Assembly (NCBI GenBank): GCA_977862235.1
Contig: OZ374561.1
Location: 1,674,001 to 1,738,000 of the forward strand
Reading direction: 5' to 3'
DNA from: Dudresnaya verticillata
Lineage: Eukaryota
Length of the DNA stretch: 64,000 bases
Shown: positions 32,935 to 44,250 of the stretch, piece by piece
How positions within the stretch are numbered: the stretch's first letter is position 1
How the letters are laid out: each line of letters starts with the position of its first letter
Translations under genes and position numbers: made by a program
The notes under the pieces: model-generated
What the model was told of the DNA's origin: nothing
What the model saw: only the letters and a program-made list of their open reading frames with translations
Database searches by the model: none

Positions 32935-34056
32935 CTACACAATGCAACCTCGTGTGCTGTGGTGTCGCGATACTGCATCGAAAACCTCCTGCAGATAACA
33001 GCGCGCATCGCCATCACCGCTAGAACGGTGCAGTTTATGCTTGTCTTCCTCGCTGATGGATGTCGAAAAGCCCACCAGCATCTTCAACCTGCCAATCTTC
33101 ATCTTGTGGATCTTTGTACTCGATTGGTCACTGACGCCCCCACCTGCATTGAAGTACCGAGAATAAAACTCTTTCTCTGTCTCAAAGCTCCTCGGCACCT
33201 CTCCACAAACCATCTCATCCACCCCATACCTCTCCTCCAGTGCCTTCCGAATCTCCCAAAACACCCACGGGTTCCGCACCGCCCCACGTCCAACCATGAC
33301 ATGGTCACAACCGGTCGCATCGAGCAATCTGATTGCATCTTCAGCCGAATTGACATCGCCATTCCCAACTACTTGCACCCTGTCCCCAACCAGCCGCTTG
33401 ACCCTCGCAATCAAACCCCAATCAGCCTCTCCATCATATCCCTGCACCTTGGTCCGCGGGTGCAGCGTAACCATATCGACGCCCGCCTCAACAGCAGCCA
33501 AAACATTCTCCTCCAGCAATGCGACGTCCTCAAACCCACTTCGCATCTTAACGCTCACAGCAACGCCATCCACCCCACCCACCCCATCAACAACCGCGCG
33601 GGCCACCTCAAAGACCCAGCGCGGGTCCTTCAGCAGGCTAGAACCGGCGCCCCTGCCGGTGACGCGCCGCGACGGACAGCCGCAGTTGAGGTCGACGCGG
33701 GGCGCGCCCATTTGCGCGAGAAGCGCGGCCGCGGCCGCGACGGCCGGGACGTGCGCGCCCATGAGCTGCGCGGCGAGCGGGACGGGGCGCAGCTCGTGCG
33801 GGTCGTAGCGGCGCAGCGTGCCGCGGATGGAGCGCAGGTCGGCGCGGTCCGGGATGCGGATGAACTCGTGCACGGCCTCGTCCAGCCCGCCCACATACGA
33901 CAGCGCGCCGCGGAACTGGCGGTCCGCCAGCACCTCCATCGGCGCCAGGATCAGCCGCGGCCGCTTGGGCGGGTCATGCGGCGCGCACGTGCTGCGCGGT
34001 TGGGCGTGGGCGGCGGTGCTCGCAGCGGCCGGCGGCGGTGGGGTGAAGGCTTGCAT
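32935..34056 (-). CDS. tRNA-dihydrouridine synthase (Dus family)
   Basis: LAPME, AAQLMG, DLNCGCP, GSSLL, SVKMRSG, LHPRT, GNGDV, MVGRGA. Confidence 0.93.
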   Translation of the reverse strand: MQAFTPPPPAAASTAAHAQPRSTCAPHDPPKRPRLILAPMEVLADRQFRGALSYVGGLDEAVHEFIRIPDRADLRSIRGTLRRYDPHELRPVPLAAQLMGAHVPAVAAAAALLAQMGAPRVDLNCGCPSRRVTGRGAGSSLLKDPRWVFEVARAVVDGVGGVDGVAVSVKMRSGFEDVALLEENVLAAVEAGVDMVTLHPRTKVQGYDGEADWGLIARVKRLVGDRVQVVGNGDVNSAEDAIRLLDATGCDHVMVGRGAVRNPWVFWEIRKALEERYGVDEMVCGEVPRSFETEKEFYSRYFNAGGGVSDQSSTKIHKMKIGRLKMLVGFSTSISEEDKHKLHRSSGDGDARCYLQEVFDAVSRHHSTRGCIV

Positions 34057-34637
34057 TTCTTGGGGCTAGCGCATCGCGGTGGCGGTGGGGAGCGCAAGGG
34101 GGCACGGATCGGACCTTACGCCGGGGGGCGGGGGGGGGGGTTCGGAGGGGCGGCAAGGAGGTGCGGACGCAGCAAAGGCCTACCTAAGGTACTTGCAGGG
34201 GGCGTCTCAAGCTGCTTTGCAGAAGAGCACGACTGCATTATTATTGATCTCGTTGATGAGGGCCGGAGCTGTAAGCAACGCTGAGCAGCCGAAGGTCGGT
34301 TACAGCTTACAGTTCAGCAGCAATATCCGCGGGAAGAAGGGAAGGCGCTGCGCGGCACGCCACGGGAGATATTATTTGGCACCGTTGGCCTGGCCCGTTG
34401 CTCGCAATTTCGCAAATCCACTGCCCAATACGTCCCACTTCTGTTGACATTGCGGCAGCGCATAAAAAGCCGTCGTCCACGTCGCCGCATGAAACGGCAG
34501 CACGCCCTCCACCGCTTCGACCTGCCGCAACGCCGCGCCGTCGCCCACGCATACGCGCCGCCACACCTGTCCGCACCCCTCGCCACTCCGCCCTGCACAA
34601 ACGCGCAGACAGACGCTTGCCACCGCGCGCGCACGCC

Positions 34638-35357
34638 ATGACAGACTCGCTCTCCAAAAAGCTCTCCGCGAGCAAGGTCATCGCCAAGAAGGCCCGCTCG
34701 GCGCAATCCCCGGCCGCCTCGTTGGACCACCTGGCCGCAGGCGCGCGCGATGTGGACGACTGCTGCAGCGCCGACGCCGCACCCGACGCCTCTGCTTCTC
34801 CCACGTCGCCCACTAAGTGCCACGACAATGATAAAGAGTACCAAGTCGATCACCCCACCGGCGACCGCATGCGTGATAAGGTCCGGAAGCTACTCTGCAG
34901 CGCGCTGTTTCAGACGGGCGAGGACCTTGTAAAGAAGCAAGAAGAGGCCGAGGTCGTCGCCAATGCCATTGAAAACCGAATGTTTACCAACTTTGGCAAG
35001 GTCGATCCGGCGTACAAGGCAAAGTACCGCAATATCAGCTTTAACCTCAAGGACAAGAAGAACAAGAAGCTCCGCATGTATGTGCTCGAGCGTCATATCC
35101 CGCCGTCGGAGTTGCTGGAGATGTCGAATGAGGACCTGGCGAATGATGAGCTCAAGCGAAACAGGGAGATTGTGCACGAGAAAATGACCCGTGATGCAAT
35201 GCCGTACAACAAGCAGGAGGCCTCAACCGACATGTTCAAGTGCGGCAAGTGCAAACAACGGAAAACCACCTACTATCAGATGCAAACCCGTTCGGCAGAT
35301 GAGCCTCTCACCACGTTTGTTTCTTGTGTCGTTTGCGGTAATCGCTGGCGGTTTTAG
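34638..35357 (+). CDS. TFIIS: Transcription elongation factor TFIIS (domains II and III)
   Basis: YKAKYRNISFNLKDKKN central domain. CGKC...QTRSADEPLTTF..C..C Zn ribbon with the DE dipeptide. Confidence 0.95.
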   Translation: MTDSLSKKLSASKVIAKKARSAQSPAASLDHLAAGARDVDDCCSADAAPDASASPTSPTKCHDNDKEYQVDHPTGDRMRDKVRKLLCSALFQTGEDLVKKQEEAEVVANAIENRMFTNFGKVDPAYKAKYRNISFNLKDKKNKKLRMYVLERHIPPSELLEMSNEDLANDELKRNREIVHEKMTRDAMPYNKQEASTDMFKCGKCKQRKTTYYQMQTRSADEPLTTFVSCVVCGNRWRF

Positions 35358-35668
35358 ACACTTATGGGCGCGCATCCGTACCCCACCCAGATCATTGCGC
35401 TTGTCAACTTTGAACATACCAGCACTACATTCTGTTTAGATGGTGTAACGATAAACGCGCTTTTACGTCTGCACTGGCCTTGGTGTTTCTCTGGCGTGGA
35501 TAGACCTTTCCACCAACCCAGATCTCCGTGCTTCTTATTAGTGATTGCTTGACTTCTACGGTACAGACGACTCGGCCCATCCTCTTGCAGTTTAAAATAA
35601 ACCGTTGCCAAGGCTGCATCGAGCCGGATCAAAATTACTCCCTTGTGTGCTGATCTTCCGAATCTCAG

Positions 35669-36681
35669 TCATCCGTTCAGCTTGTCTCTTAGCGCGTAAA
35701 GCCGGTTGCGCGTCTCCTCATCCACATTTGACATGAGCATCTTACCTCTAACTGAAGATTCATCAGTCTCCGTCACCCGCTCCTTCGTCTCCTTTTTTGC
35801 TCGCTTGAGCTCCTGAATAAAGATAGCCGACGTCATCACATGTGCGCCTTTAGCACTCGAAAAACTAAGCTGCGCTACGTCGCTCGTCGCAGCCCACACC
35901 TGTCTCCTCCCTTCTTCCACCAGCTCGAAAACCTGGCGTTCAATGTAGCTATCTGCGGTATCGCTCCCAGTATACACAACGCCAACATTCTGAGGAGTCA
36001 CATCCGTCTTGATGGCGTCATCTATACGTATGCACGCATCGCAAACAGCGCCAGAGTTAGTCGCTCACACCCATAACGCACAGCCAACAAACGCGAGAGC
36101 ATCAACTACAACGCACCGTTTCCATGTGCATCAAAAACCACGACGCACTCCCATCCGCGCACATGGCTAAACTCTGCTACATCTCGCAGTAACAGCCTCC
36201 GCGCGGTTTCCATATCGCTTCGATTTCGGTGCTTTCGCAGACGCGGCCACGCGCCAATGACGTTATACGCGTCGATAAAGATGACCGGGTCAGGCTCGAC
36301 GTCATACTTACCGTCGGGGACCTGCGCGTCATCGTCACCACTCTCCCCACCACTGCGCGCAGTCCCCGGACTCTTCCGCCTGCGAAAGCGCTGACGCACG
36401 CGCACGGGGGCGTCAGGCTCCGCGGCGGCTCGCGCCAGCTTGAGCTGCTGGCGCAGCGAGAGCGTGGACGAGTCGACGTCGATGCGAGGGGCCTTGCGCT
36501 TGGGGGGCGACGGCAGGGGTGGCGCGGGCTGCGGGCGGGGTGCGCGCTCGCGCTTGGACTTCATGGTCGGGGCGCCCCACGCCGGCGCGATAGGGCGGCG
36601 GCACTGCGCGCACACAGGCGAGAAGGATGACGTGCAGGACGAGACGGCGCTTGCTGGCGCGCCGGCGAAGGCTGCGGCCAT
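35669..36681 (-). CDS. YacP/DUF901 NYN-domain RNase-like protein, probably plastid-targeted. Two exons (36117-36681, 35669-36021).
   Basis: IFIDAYNVIG, VVVFDA, TADSYIER, ATSD. 95-nt intron 36022-36116 with GTGCGT donor, GACTAAC branch point and TAG acceptor. Splicing restores the frame. Confidence 0.9.
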
Positions 36682-37250
36682 GTCGGCGCGACGCGCCGGT
36701 GCGGCCGGGTGGGGCGGGCGGCGGGTGGCTCCGGGGCTTGCGGGGACATGGGCTGCTCGGCGGGGGATCGGCGGCGATGGGGCACGCCCGGGAGCGGGAC
36801 GGGTTGCAGATTGGGACTTTGTGCGGCCCTGTTGATGAGCACGTGGGGCAAAATTGCCCATGTTCGAGTTGCTCCCGGACCAGCTTTCTGAGATTTGAGG
36901 CTCGCAGCCATTCGCGCGATGCTGCACAGCCAATGCGCCTTCGCGACGCCAACTACGGCGAATTTGACTGTCACCTGACAACGGTCATCTGACAGCCGAA
37001 CAGCGGACAGACAGTGCATCTGTGACCGGTTCGGCTTCCGGTGCCATCTTCTATTCTGTCAATACACAGCATTCTACACCTTCTGGTGCCCTCTAGTTCA
37101 CCTCCAGACAGGGGCGCTCACCTAACTTTTATCTATCACCCAAAACAATCCCGTTGTCAGCAAAGAGAGCATCTCACATCCCACACACAGCAAGTTAGGC
37201 AGCCTCCTGCCTTCCAAAGCGCCCACCAAAATGCCGCCCGCACCCTCACA

Positions 37251-38363
37251 ATGCTGTCCGTCACCGCACGTGCGCTGCTCCTCTTCGCGCTGCTGCTGCT
37301 GCTTCACCACCTGCTCCTCTTCGAGCGCCACGTCCACGTGACCACGCGCAACCACCACACCACCCTACCGCGCCCAGCGCGAGCCGCGCTGGTCACCCTC
37401 GCGGACCGCTCGTTCGCTCGCTGCGCGGTCTCGCTGCTCACCAACGCCCGCACTGTGGGCCGATGGCGATACCCCATCATTCTGCTCGCCATCGACCACG
37501 CCATATTCCGCCCGGAGGACGTCGCCGCGCTGGACGCCCTCGGCGTCATCGTGCTGCACACCCAGCCCGTGCTTGATGGCTGGCTGCACCGCGGCGTAGA
37601 AAATGTCGACATCTTGCGCACCCTGCAGAAGGACAAGTTCCGCAAGATGGAGCTCTTCCTTAACCCCATTCTGCGCGCGTACGACCGCCTTGTTTATGTG
37701 GACGCAGACGGCGTCATTGCGGCCAATCTCGAGCCTATCGTCCACACACGCTTTCCGGATAACGTTACCGTGCTTATGAGACAGAACGACGTCTCTGTTC
37801 GGAAGGCCTCGCTATGGGGGAACGAGATGGCTGTGGAAATGCTCACGGACCGACAAATGAAGCAGCTCGCGTCTCAGTACCCGAATAGATTGAAGTCCGG
37901 AGGGTCATGCTGGTTTGTCGTTGATGTTCGCAAGTTGCCCTCTCCTGCCCAAATTCTGGAGCGCAGCTTGGAGCTGCTATGCTCTTTTCGGGCTGGTTTT
38001 CGGTTGAACGATCAGACACTTCTGAACTTCCTTTTCTACGACAGCGTCGCCTTATTCCCGTGGTGTATCTGGGATGAGATGCCGGTGATGAACAAGCCTA
38101 AAGCGCTACACTCATACTGCACAGAAAACATGAGGCTTCAGCGTAGGCTCACCGGAGACTACAGGTTCATGTATCGGCACATGAGTGTGGTTGAAAAGAA
38201 GCAATGCGTGTTATCAGAAGAGGAAATTGAGGATGTGCATATTGCAAGCAGTCAAGAAACGGTTGAAGTAGGCAATGTCCAAGTGCAGGAGCATCAGGTG
38301 GACCAGGACGCTGATTGTCGAACAGCTTTGCGTTTGTGGAGAAGGCGTTTGCCGGTTGGTTAG
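37251..38363 (+). CDS. Type II membrane glycosyltransferase, GT8-like (GT-A fold)
   Basis: N-terminal TM anchor, KMELF, YDRLVYVDADG (DxD), NDQTLLN. Confidence 0.8.
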   Translation: MLSVTARALLLFALLLLLHHLLLFERHVHVTTRNHHTTLPRPARAALVTLADRSFARCAVSLLTNARTVGRWRYPIILLAIDHAIFRPEDVAALDALGVIVLHTQPVLDGWLHRGVENVDILRTLQKDKFRKMELFLNPILRAYDRLVYVDADGVIAANLEPIVHTRFPDNVTVLMRQNDVSVRKASLWGNEMAVEMLTDRQMKQLASQYPNRLKSGGSCWFVVDVRKLPSPAQILERSLELLCSFRAGFRLNDQTLLNFLFYDSVALFPWCIWDEMPVMNKPKALHSYCTENMRLQRRLTGDYRFMYRHMSVVEKKQCVLSEEEIEDVHIASSQETVEVGNVQVQEHQVDQDADCRTALRLWRRRLPVG

Positions 38364-38810
38364 CACGGAGAGAAGCATTTACTCGCAAAGAAGCTTTTGC
38401 TCGCAAAGAATGGATCTCTTGCCACTAGCATGGAGGGGATACGCAATGCCGTTCGTTGTTCCCAAGTCCAAGAGAGGCAACTTTCCTCTGTAGAATAAGA
38501 GGGCCGGTTTGGCTGCGTCCCAACACTTGTACACGCAGCTGCGGCAGGGTCGGTTGGCTTCATTCTTGATACCTGCAGTGCGAGGGCGGCTTGAGCGGAA
38601 GTGACCAAGCTCAGAAAAACTGTAGATACTGTAATGACGCAATACCTATGGTAACCTGACATGCAGTGCGCTGGTATTCCCGAGCGGACGAGCAGAAGCC
38701 AACAAAGTTCATATTTTTTGGATATGATCCTTCCTTTGATTCGCCGTTCAGCTCTCCCAACACACACTCCCCAAAGCAACGCCCTCTCCTACAGTCCCAT
38801 CTTCTTCGGA

Positions 38811-40235
38811 ATGCCAAGCAAGCCTCGCCCTAATGCTCTTGTCCTGAACCGCACCATATTCCAGGATCTAACCGAGTGGGGGGAAGAGTCACCAAACCTT
38901 CTGGATCAACTCTACAACTCCCCACATGCGGTGCAAAGTATCTTCCGTGCGCTTCCACCCATCGCTCGCCTCTACGTATTGCGTCTCGTGCACATCCCCT
39001 CGCACGAAGTCGCCCCGTCAATTGACACCTTCCGCTCCTGCCTCCGCCGACGTCAGCGCGCATATGACCGCCATGACTCCGCCGTACGCGCCATGAAGGC
39101 CCTGCGGGTGCTCATCCCAGACACTTCCTCCGATGGGCGCCTCCGCTTGCATCCCAAGTTTGCAGCCCAGTTCCGCCGCTCGGTCTCCTACGCTGTTGAT
39201 CCGGTCTTTGGTGGGCCGACGGATGAGATCGAAGTCGCTGATGCAGAAGGCAAGCAACAGTACCTCGCGCAGTTGGATGCGTTCGCCGCGAAGAAGCTGG
39301 AGAAGATATTGAACTACGTTGTCGAGTCGAACGGTGCCAATGCTCCCCCGTCGCATGTCATCGAGTCACTTCTTCGGTCCGGTCTGCTTGAAAATTCGCG
39401 ACAAGGACTCTGCATCACCAGCGTGGGCTTTCAGTTTCTGCTGAAGGACTCTTTTGCACAGCTATGGGTATTGCTTCGAGCCATGATAGTCACGCAATTT
39501 CAAAACCAGCAACTCGAAGCCCTCGATCTCATTTTCAAGGTAGCCTTCTCCTGCCCTGGGCGTGAGTACCGTGATGCACGATTGACTCAGGTCCAGAACG
39601 AACTCCTCATAGAGCTTCACGAGCTCGGGATCGTTCAGCTCGATCGTGGCGACTTTTCTTTCCGTCCAACAATGATTGGGGTTCGTCTGCTTAACCAAGC
39701 GAATCGCATTGCATCAGGGCCTGGTGCAGTAGCAGAGGCAAGCTCTTTGATGAAGGCTGCGGGTGACATCAACATTTTTGTGGAGACCAACTTTCGTGTC
39801 TACGCCTACACTACTTCTGCCTTTCAGACGAACCTACTCGCGCTTTTCACGAAACTGCGGTATCGGCTTCCAGGGATGGTCGTTGGCCACTTGACGAGAG
39901 ATGCAGTGCGCCAGGCATTACAAAGCGGGATCACTGGAGATCAAATCATCGGATACCTGAATGCACATGCACATCGCAGAATGAATAGCGGTATCATTCC
40001 CTCGAACGTCAGTGACGAAATCAGGCTATGGGAAGCAGAACAGGACAGAGTCAAGACAGAACCCGGAGTGCTGCTGAGTGATTTCTCCTCGTTCAACGCT
40101 TTCGAGCGCGTCATGAAGCATGCAAACGACCTTGGTGCGACATTGTGGAGCAGTGCTTCCAAAGGTCAACTTGTGGTGAGCAAAGACTCCTACGATGCTG
40201 TTAGAAGTTTCATAAAGTCGCATGGAATACAGTAA
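38811..40235 (+). CDS. TFB2: TFIIH core subunit p52 (GTF2H4)
   Basis: IFRALPPIAR, ITSVGFQFLL, IFVETNFRVYAYT, GITGDQIIGYL, IRLWEAEQDR. Confidence 0.95.
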   Translation: MPSKPRPNALVLNRTIFQDLTEWGEESPNLLDQLYNSPHAVQSIFRALPPIARLYVLRLVHIPSHEVAPSIDTFRSCLRRRQRAYDRHDSAVRAMKALRVLIPDTSSDGRLRLHPKFAAQFRRSVSYAVDPVFGGPTDEIEVADAEGKQQYLAQLDAFAAKKLEKILNYVVESNGANAPPSHVIESLLRSGLLENSRQGLCITSVGFQFLLKDSFAQLWVLLRAMIVTQFQNQQLEALDLIFKVAFSCPGREYRDARLTQVQNELLIELHELGIVQLDRGDFSFRPTMIGVRLLNQANRIASGPGAVAEASSLMKAAGDINIFVETNFRVYAYTTSAFQTNLLALFTKLRYRLPGMVVGHLTRDAVRQALQSGITGDQIIGYLNAHAHRRMNSGIIPSNVSDEIRLWEAEQDRVKTEPGVLLSDFSSFNAFERVMKHANDLGATLWSSASKGQLVVSKDSYDAVRSFIKSHGIQ

Positions 40236-40327
40236 ATTGTGGCTTTAGTCATCGTCTTCCTCATTTTGAATGCGACAAGTTTCGGACAAGCTGCCAACGG
40301 TTCCATGATCCTTGTCCTCGTAGCATT

Positions 40328-42136
40328 TTAAGTATGGGCTTCTGCTGAGTTTGGAGATCTCGACGGTGACTCTACTGCAAGGATAGTGTCCATCAAGTCG
40401 TTTCGTAAGATTCCGTGTGGATCAAAAATGGTGCATATTGCCTTGAACGCCTCCACAGGATACTTCTGGAACGTTCTGAGCTGAAGAAGAGCCTTCCCCT
40501 TCGCAGTCTCTGGCATTTCAATCTTAGCCCAGTGTTCAACCGCGCGTGCTTCTGACCACAGTCGTTCTTCGCAGAGCTCTTTGTAAGACCTGAATGCGTT
40601 TGTGATTTTCCTTCGGGCATCACCGCCTACTGTCGCGTCCGGCAGATACATGATGATTCCAACCCAGGAATACACAGCTGCAAGAGCTTTGTCCGGCTTC
40701 TCCCCGGCAGGAGACATTGGGGACAGACTGGGTGCCGACCATCGTTGCTCAATTGGAGCCGGAGCTGGGATACCCTCATCCTCTATCATGTCTAGCAGGT
40801 TCTGTACGTACTGCACATCAGGATGGTTGGTAGCACGACTCGGGATCGGAAACGCAACTTCCGAAACCCATTGCTGACCTCCGCAGTCAAACTGCAGGAT
40901 TCTATCAGACCAGTCTATCCGCGTTCCTTCCGAGTGCTTCCAAAAATCAGACTCTGCCCTGTTGACCTTCTTCACCCATTCAACATTCAGTGGGTCTAGG
41001 GCAAGTAATTCATCTCGCAAGGTTGTGAAGCTAAGCTCTAAGATCTGTTGTTCTGAAAGTTTGCACTCTGGATGGCTTTTCAGAAGGTCTCTTGGCGCGG
41101 CTAAGCGCTCTCCTTCTGTGTATTTCAAATCCATGACAGAAGCAGCTTGATTGGGCATACCGCTTGCTTCAAAAGGATTGCATGTTACAACCACGACTGC
41201 ATCGGTGTGTGGAATCCACATGTATCGCAAATGCTTATTACTTTTCATTAATCCTTCATGCCGCTCCTGAAGTTCGGCGCGACTGATAACAAATGTTTTC
41301 TCAATCAAACGATGAGCCGGGACACATTGCAGCGTGACCTCCGCGACAATCCCAAGCATTCCCAACGACGTGCGTGCCAGTTGAAAGAGAGAGGGGTCAT
41401 CATCATTAAGAGACAAGTCCAGCTCACCTGCCGCAGGGGTAATCAGCTTTAAAGCAACAACCTGCTCATCAACTGGCGGAATGCGTGCTCCAGTGCCGTG
41501 TGCTCCAACTTGAATAAACCCACCAATCTGCTGCTCTGTAATCGAGGCAAAGTTTTGCAACGTGAGCCCGTGCGGGCGCAACGCTTCGACAACCTGGTCA
41601 ACCTTCACGCCCGCCTGAACTCGCACCTGCTGTTTTTGCGGGTCGATGTGCAGAATCTTGTCCATGAGCACAAGATTGACCATCCCATCTTTCTCAAAGC
41701 CAAGGCCGTTCGGGCTCAAAGCCGAGCCAATCGGCCGTAACTTCTGGTGGTTCTCATGAGCCAGGCTGACTAGCGCTTTCAGCTCTTCTACGCTTTCCGG
41801 CTGGTAGTACCGCTTGGTCGATACAGTGTGCGTGCCAGACCAATTGATCAGCTCATGCTCCTCATCCTCTTCTGCCGAACGTGGCGCTTCGCACGAGACG
41901 TACTGCGCTGCTAACCCAAGACCAAGAACTGAAACCGCTGCCGAATGCAGGTAGTTAAATTGGTGGTCATCACGCTTCGACGTCGCTACCTGGCTCGCCA
42001 CTACTGCCTGGTTGTATCTTCTCCTGTGAACCGCAGCATTTGATGAGAGGCCGAGGACCTGCCGATGATCCGTATCCCTTAGCGCACGAAGTCTCTGAGC
42101 AAGAGACCCGTAAGCAGTCCGTGTACTGCGCTGCAT
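40328..42136 (-). CDS. GLDH: L-galactono-1,4-lactone dehydrogenase, mitochondrial (ascorbate synthesis)
   Basis: NWSGTH, GSALSPNG, QVGAHGTG, FDCGGQQWV, PIEQRW, HWAKIE. Presequence plus TM/CE motif. An in-frame ATG also exists further upstream. Confidence 0.95.
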   Translation of the reverse strand: MQRSTRTAYGSLAQRLRALRDTDHRQVLGLSSNAAVHRRRYNQAVVASQVATSKRDDHQFNYLHSAAVSVLGLGLAAQYVSCEAPRSAEEDEEHELINWSGTHTVSTKRYYQPESVEELKALVSLAHENHQKLRPIGSALSPNGLGFEKDGMVNLVLMDKILHIDPQKQQVRVQAGVKVDQVVEALRPHGLTLQNFASITEQQIGGFIQVGAHGTGARIPPVDEQVVALKLITPAAGELDLSLNDDDPSLFQLARTSLGMLGIVAEVTLQCVPAHRLIEKTFVISRAELQERHEGLMKSNKHLRYMWIPHTDAVVVVTCNPFEASGMPNQAASVMDLKYTEGERLAAPRDLLKSHPECKLSEQQILELSFTTLRDELLALDPLNVEWVKKVNRAESDFWKHSEGTRIDWSDRILQFDCGGQQWVSEVAFPIPSRATNHPDVQYVQNLLDMIEDEGIPAPAPIEQRWSAPSLSPMSPAGEKPDKALAAVYSWVGIIMYLPDATVGGDARRKITNAFRSYKELCEERLWSEARAVEHWAKIEMPETAKGKALLQLRTFQKYPVEAFKAICTIFDPHGILRNDLMDTILAVESPSRSPNSAEAHT

Positions 42137-42324
42137 CGAGAGTATCACGCTATTTGTAGAAGTGGTCGACACGACAACAGGTGAGAACTGAGCTGCCGCC
42201 GTCTCGGACGGAAGTACAGTCTGGGGCGGTCGGTGAGATCTACAGTAAAAAGGCATTTCTTGCATAGATGCCAGGACTCTAAAAAATACCATACGGAAAG
42301 CTCACTTTTCTGCTCGCCCAGCAG

Positions 42325-44250
42325 ATGTCCGACTCCCATGCCAAGCACTCAATGACGTCGCCGCCTAGCGAAGTCCCTGAGCCCGTCTTCACCCGCCGTA
42401 CACACTCTACCAAGCGACGCGCACGCAGACGGCTTGCTGAACTTTCCCCGCCACGGCGAGATGAATCACCTCCGTCTGCGAGACTTCTACCCGCGCGATT
42501 ACCGCTTACGCGTGCGGCGACGCGCCCCGGACAAAACAAATCAGCACAAGGTTTGAATCGCAAGCGCCGCGGCCTCCTGACAGCACCCCGTATCCCTGGC
42601 TACGAGCAAGAAGCATCTGACTGTCCGATAACGCGCGAGACGGACTACTCTGCAGCGGCGCTGGCACGTTTACGCGCTGCAAGCGCTCCACCCGCCCCTT
42701 TGCAAGATGTGCCAGAAGCATGCCAAGAGCCATCTGAACCATCCCCTGCCCCATTGGTGGCGCCCCTATCCAAAGCAGCGCTTCCTCGGGCGTCGGCACC
42801 ACTACCAGCACTGCCAAAGAGACCCGCTTCCCCAGTACGAGAAACAAGCGGGCGGCCCGACCCATTCTCCGCAGCATGGCAGAATGGTCTGACAAGGGAT
42901 GCAGCGCCAGTGGACGAAGACGGAGATGTTTTCATCGTAGACGATTATACAGGAATAGCAGATGAAGACACGGCCCAGGCTTACATTCCGCTCGAGGGTG
43001 GAGACGTTGATATGCTTACTGCTGAGATAAAGCGCGGGGAAGACGAGAGTGATGATGGGGAGTGGCAAACAGCACAGCTTGGCCGAGCAGGTCACCTCCC
43101 ACGCCTGGAGCGGAAGTTAGAAGATGTGTCACTCCTGTCAACAGAGCGCGCTCGTCTCGTCATTCGCCAGGCTGAGGAAGCAGATGCGTTAAAACGGCAA
43201 GCTCGATCGAAAGCAGCGGGGCGGTGTGTGAGCTTGGTTACAGCGACAAAAGAAGAATGGGAGAAGAGGTATGAAGGAGAGGAAGACAAGATGCGTCGGC
43301 TCGACGAGGCCGTGATGAAGAGCAAAACGGAGATTCGAGCGGTAGAGGGCGAAATCGAGCGTCGGCGGCGGAGATTGGTATTTTACGATCGCTTCACAGC
43401 AAGTGTCGATGATGTTTCAGATATGCTGCGGGAGAAACAAAAGGAAATCCAAATGTGGCACGCCAAACGCCTAGCTCAGCTAACACGTGAGGGTGACAGA
43501 ATTCTTGCATTGCTAACTGGGCAGCCGGATGAGTTCGGCAGAAGCAGAGACCCTATATTGGCGCTTCCGGAAAGTACAGATGACCAATCTGATGACGACG
43601 ACGGGCCGTTCACAGATGTTCAGGAAAGCGTATCTTCGATCGAGGAGCTTTGTCGTATGTTCAGAAAGTGGAAACGAAGCTACCCGAATGACTACAGCGC
43701 GGCTTTCGGAGATGCAGGCTTTGGACGGCTTGTCGGGGCATTAGCACTAGGCAATACCGGGCATGGACTGCAGTGGATGCTTACGTTGTCTGATGAACAG
43801 CTGAGGGCCGCAGTTGGAGTTGCTGGGATCTTGGAATACACTGCGTTGTTTGTGCGAGCAAGATGGCGACCGAGGGAAGGAGAATTTGAGGAAGTGGAAG
43901 ATGTGTACCGAGTTTTGCGCCTTTCCAAAGATACCGACGTCGAGAGTTTGATGCAGGCGTTTCAAGAAAGGGCTCGAGCAGAAATGGGTGCTTGTGTTGT
44001 CTTGAGGGATATTGTAGCAGCCGGTCGCATGATTCGAGGGGCAGCTATCTTTGCAATGGAAACAGAGATGGACGTTGGCATGTCAGAAATGCTTACGAGC
44101 CTTGTGCAGATTCCCTGTAACGAATCGTTACCACGCGAAGTCCTGGAATCCTGTGAGTTAGTCGCTCAATCGAATGGCAAGAGCATTCCCACAGAAGCCA
44201 TCAAGATGGCCAAAAACATCATAGCAACGAACGCATCGAACACTGGATAA
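42325..44250 (+). CDS. GCFC/PAXBP1/ILP1 (Ntr2-like) spliceosome-disassembly factor candidate
   Basis: EWQTAQL, a coiled coil, and FTDVQESVSSIEELCRMFRKWKRSYPNDYSAAFG resembling the GCFC domain start. Confidence 0.72.
   Translation: MSDSHAKHSMTSPPSEVPEPVFTRRTHSTKRRARRRLAELSPPRRDESPPSARLLPARLPLTRAATRPGQNKSAQGLNRKRRGLLTAPRIPGYEQEASDCPITRETDYSAAALARLRAASAPPAPLQDVPEACQEPSEPSPAPLVAPLSKAALPRASAPLPALPKRPASPVRETSGRPDPFSAAWQNGLTRDAAPVDEDGDVFIVDDYTGIADEDTAQAYIPLEGGDVDMLTAEIKRGEDESDDGEWQTAQLGRAGHLPRLERKLEDVSLLSTERARLVIRQAEEADALKRQARSKAAGRCVSLVTATKEEWEKRYEGEEDKMRRLDEAVMKSKTEIRAVEGEIERRRRRLVFYDRFTASVDDVSDMLREKQKEIQMWHAKRLAQLTREGDRILALLTGQPDEFGRSRDPILALPESTDDQSDDDDGPFTDVQESVSSIEELCRMFRKWKRSYPNDYSAAFGDAGFGRLVGALALGNTGHGLQWMLTLSDEQLRAAVGVAGILEYTALFVRARWRPREGEFEEVEDVYRVLRLSKDTDVESLMQAFQERARAEMGACVVLRDIVAAGRMIRGAAIFAMETEMDVGMSEMLTSLVQIPCNESLPREVLESCELVAQSNGKSIPTEAIKMAKNIIATNASNTG

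Noticed and set aside
32959..34284. 441-aa ORF antisense to DUS
   Set aside because: Mirror-frame artefact of a conserved gene.
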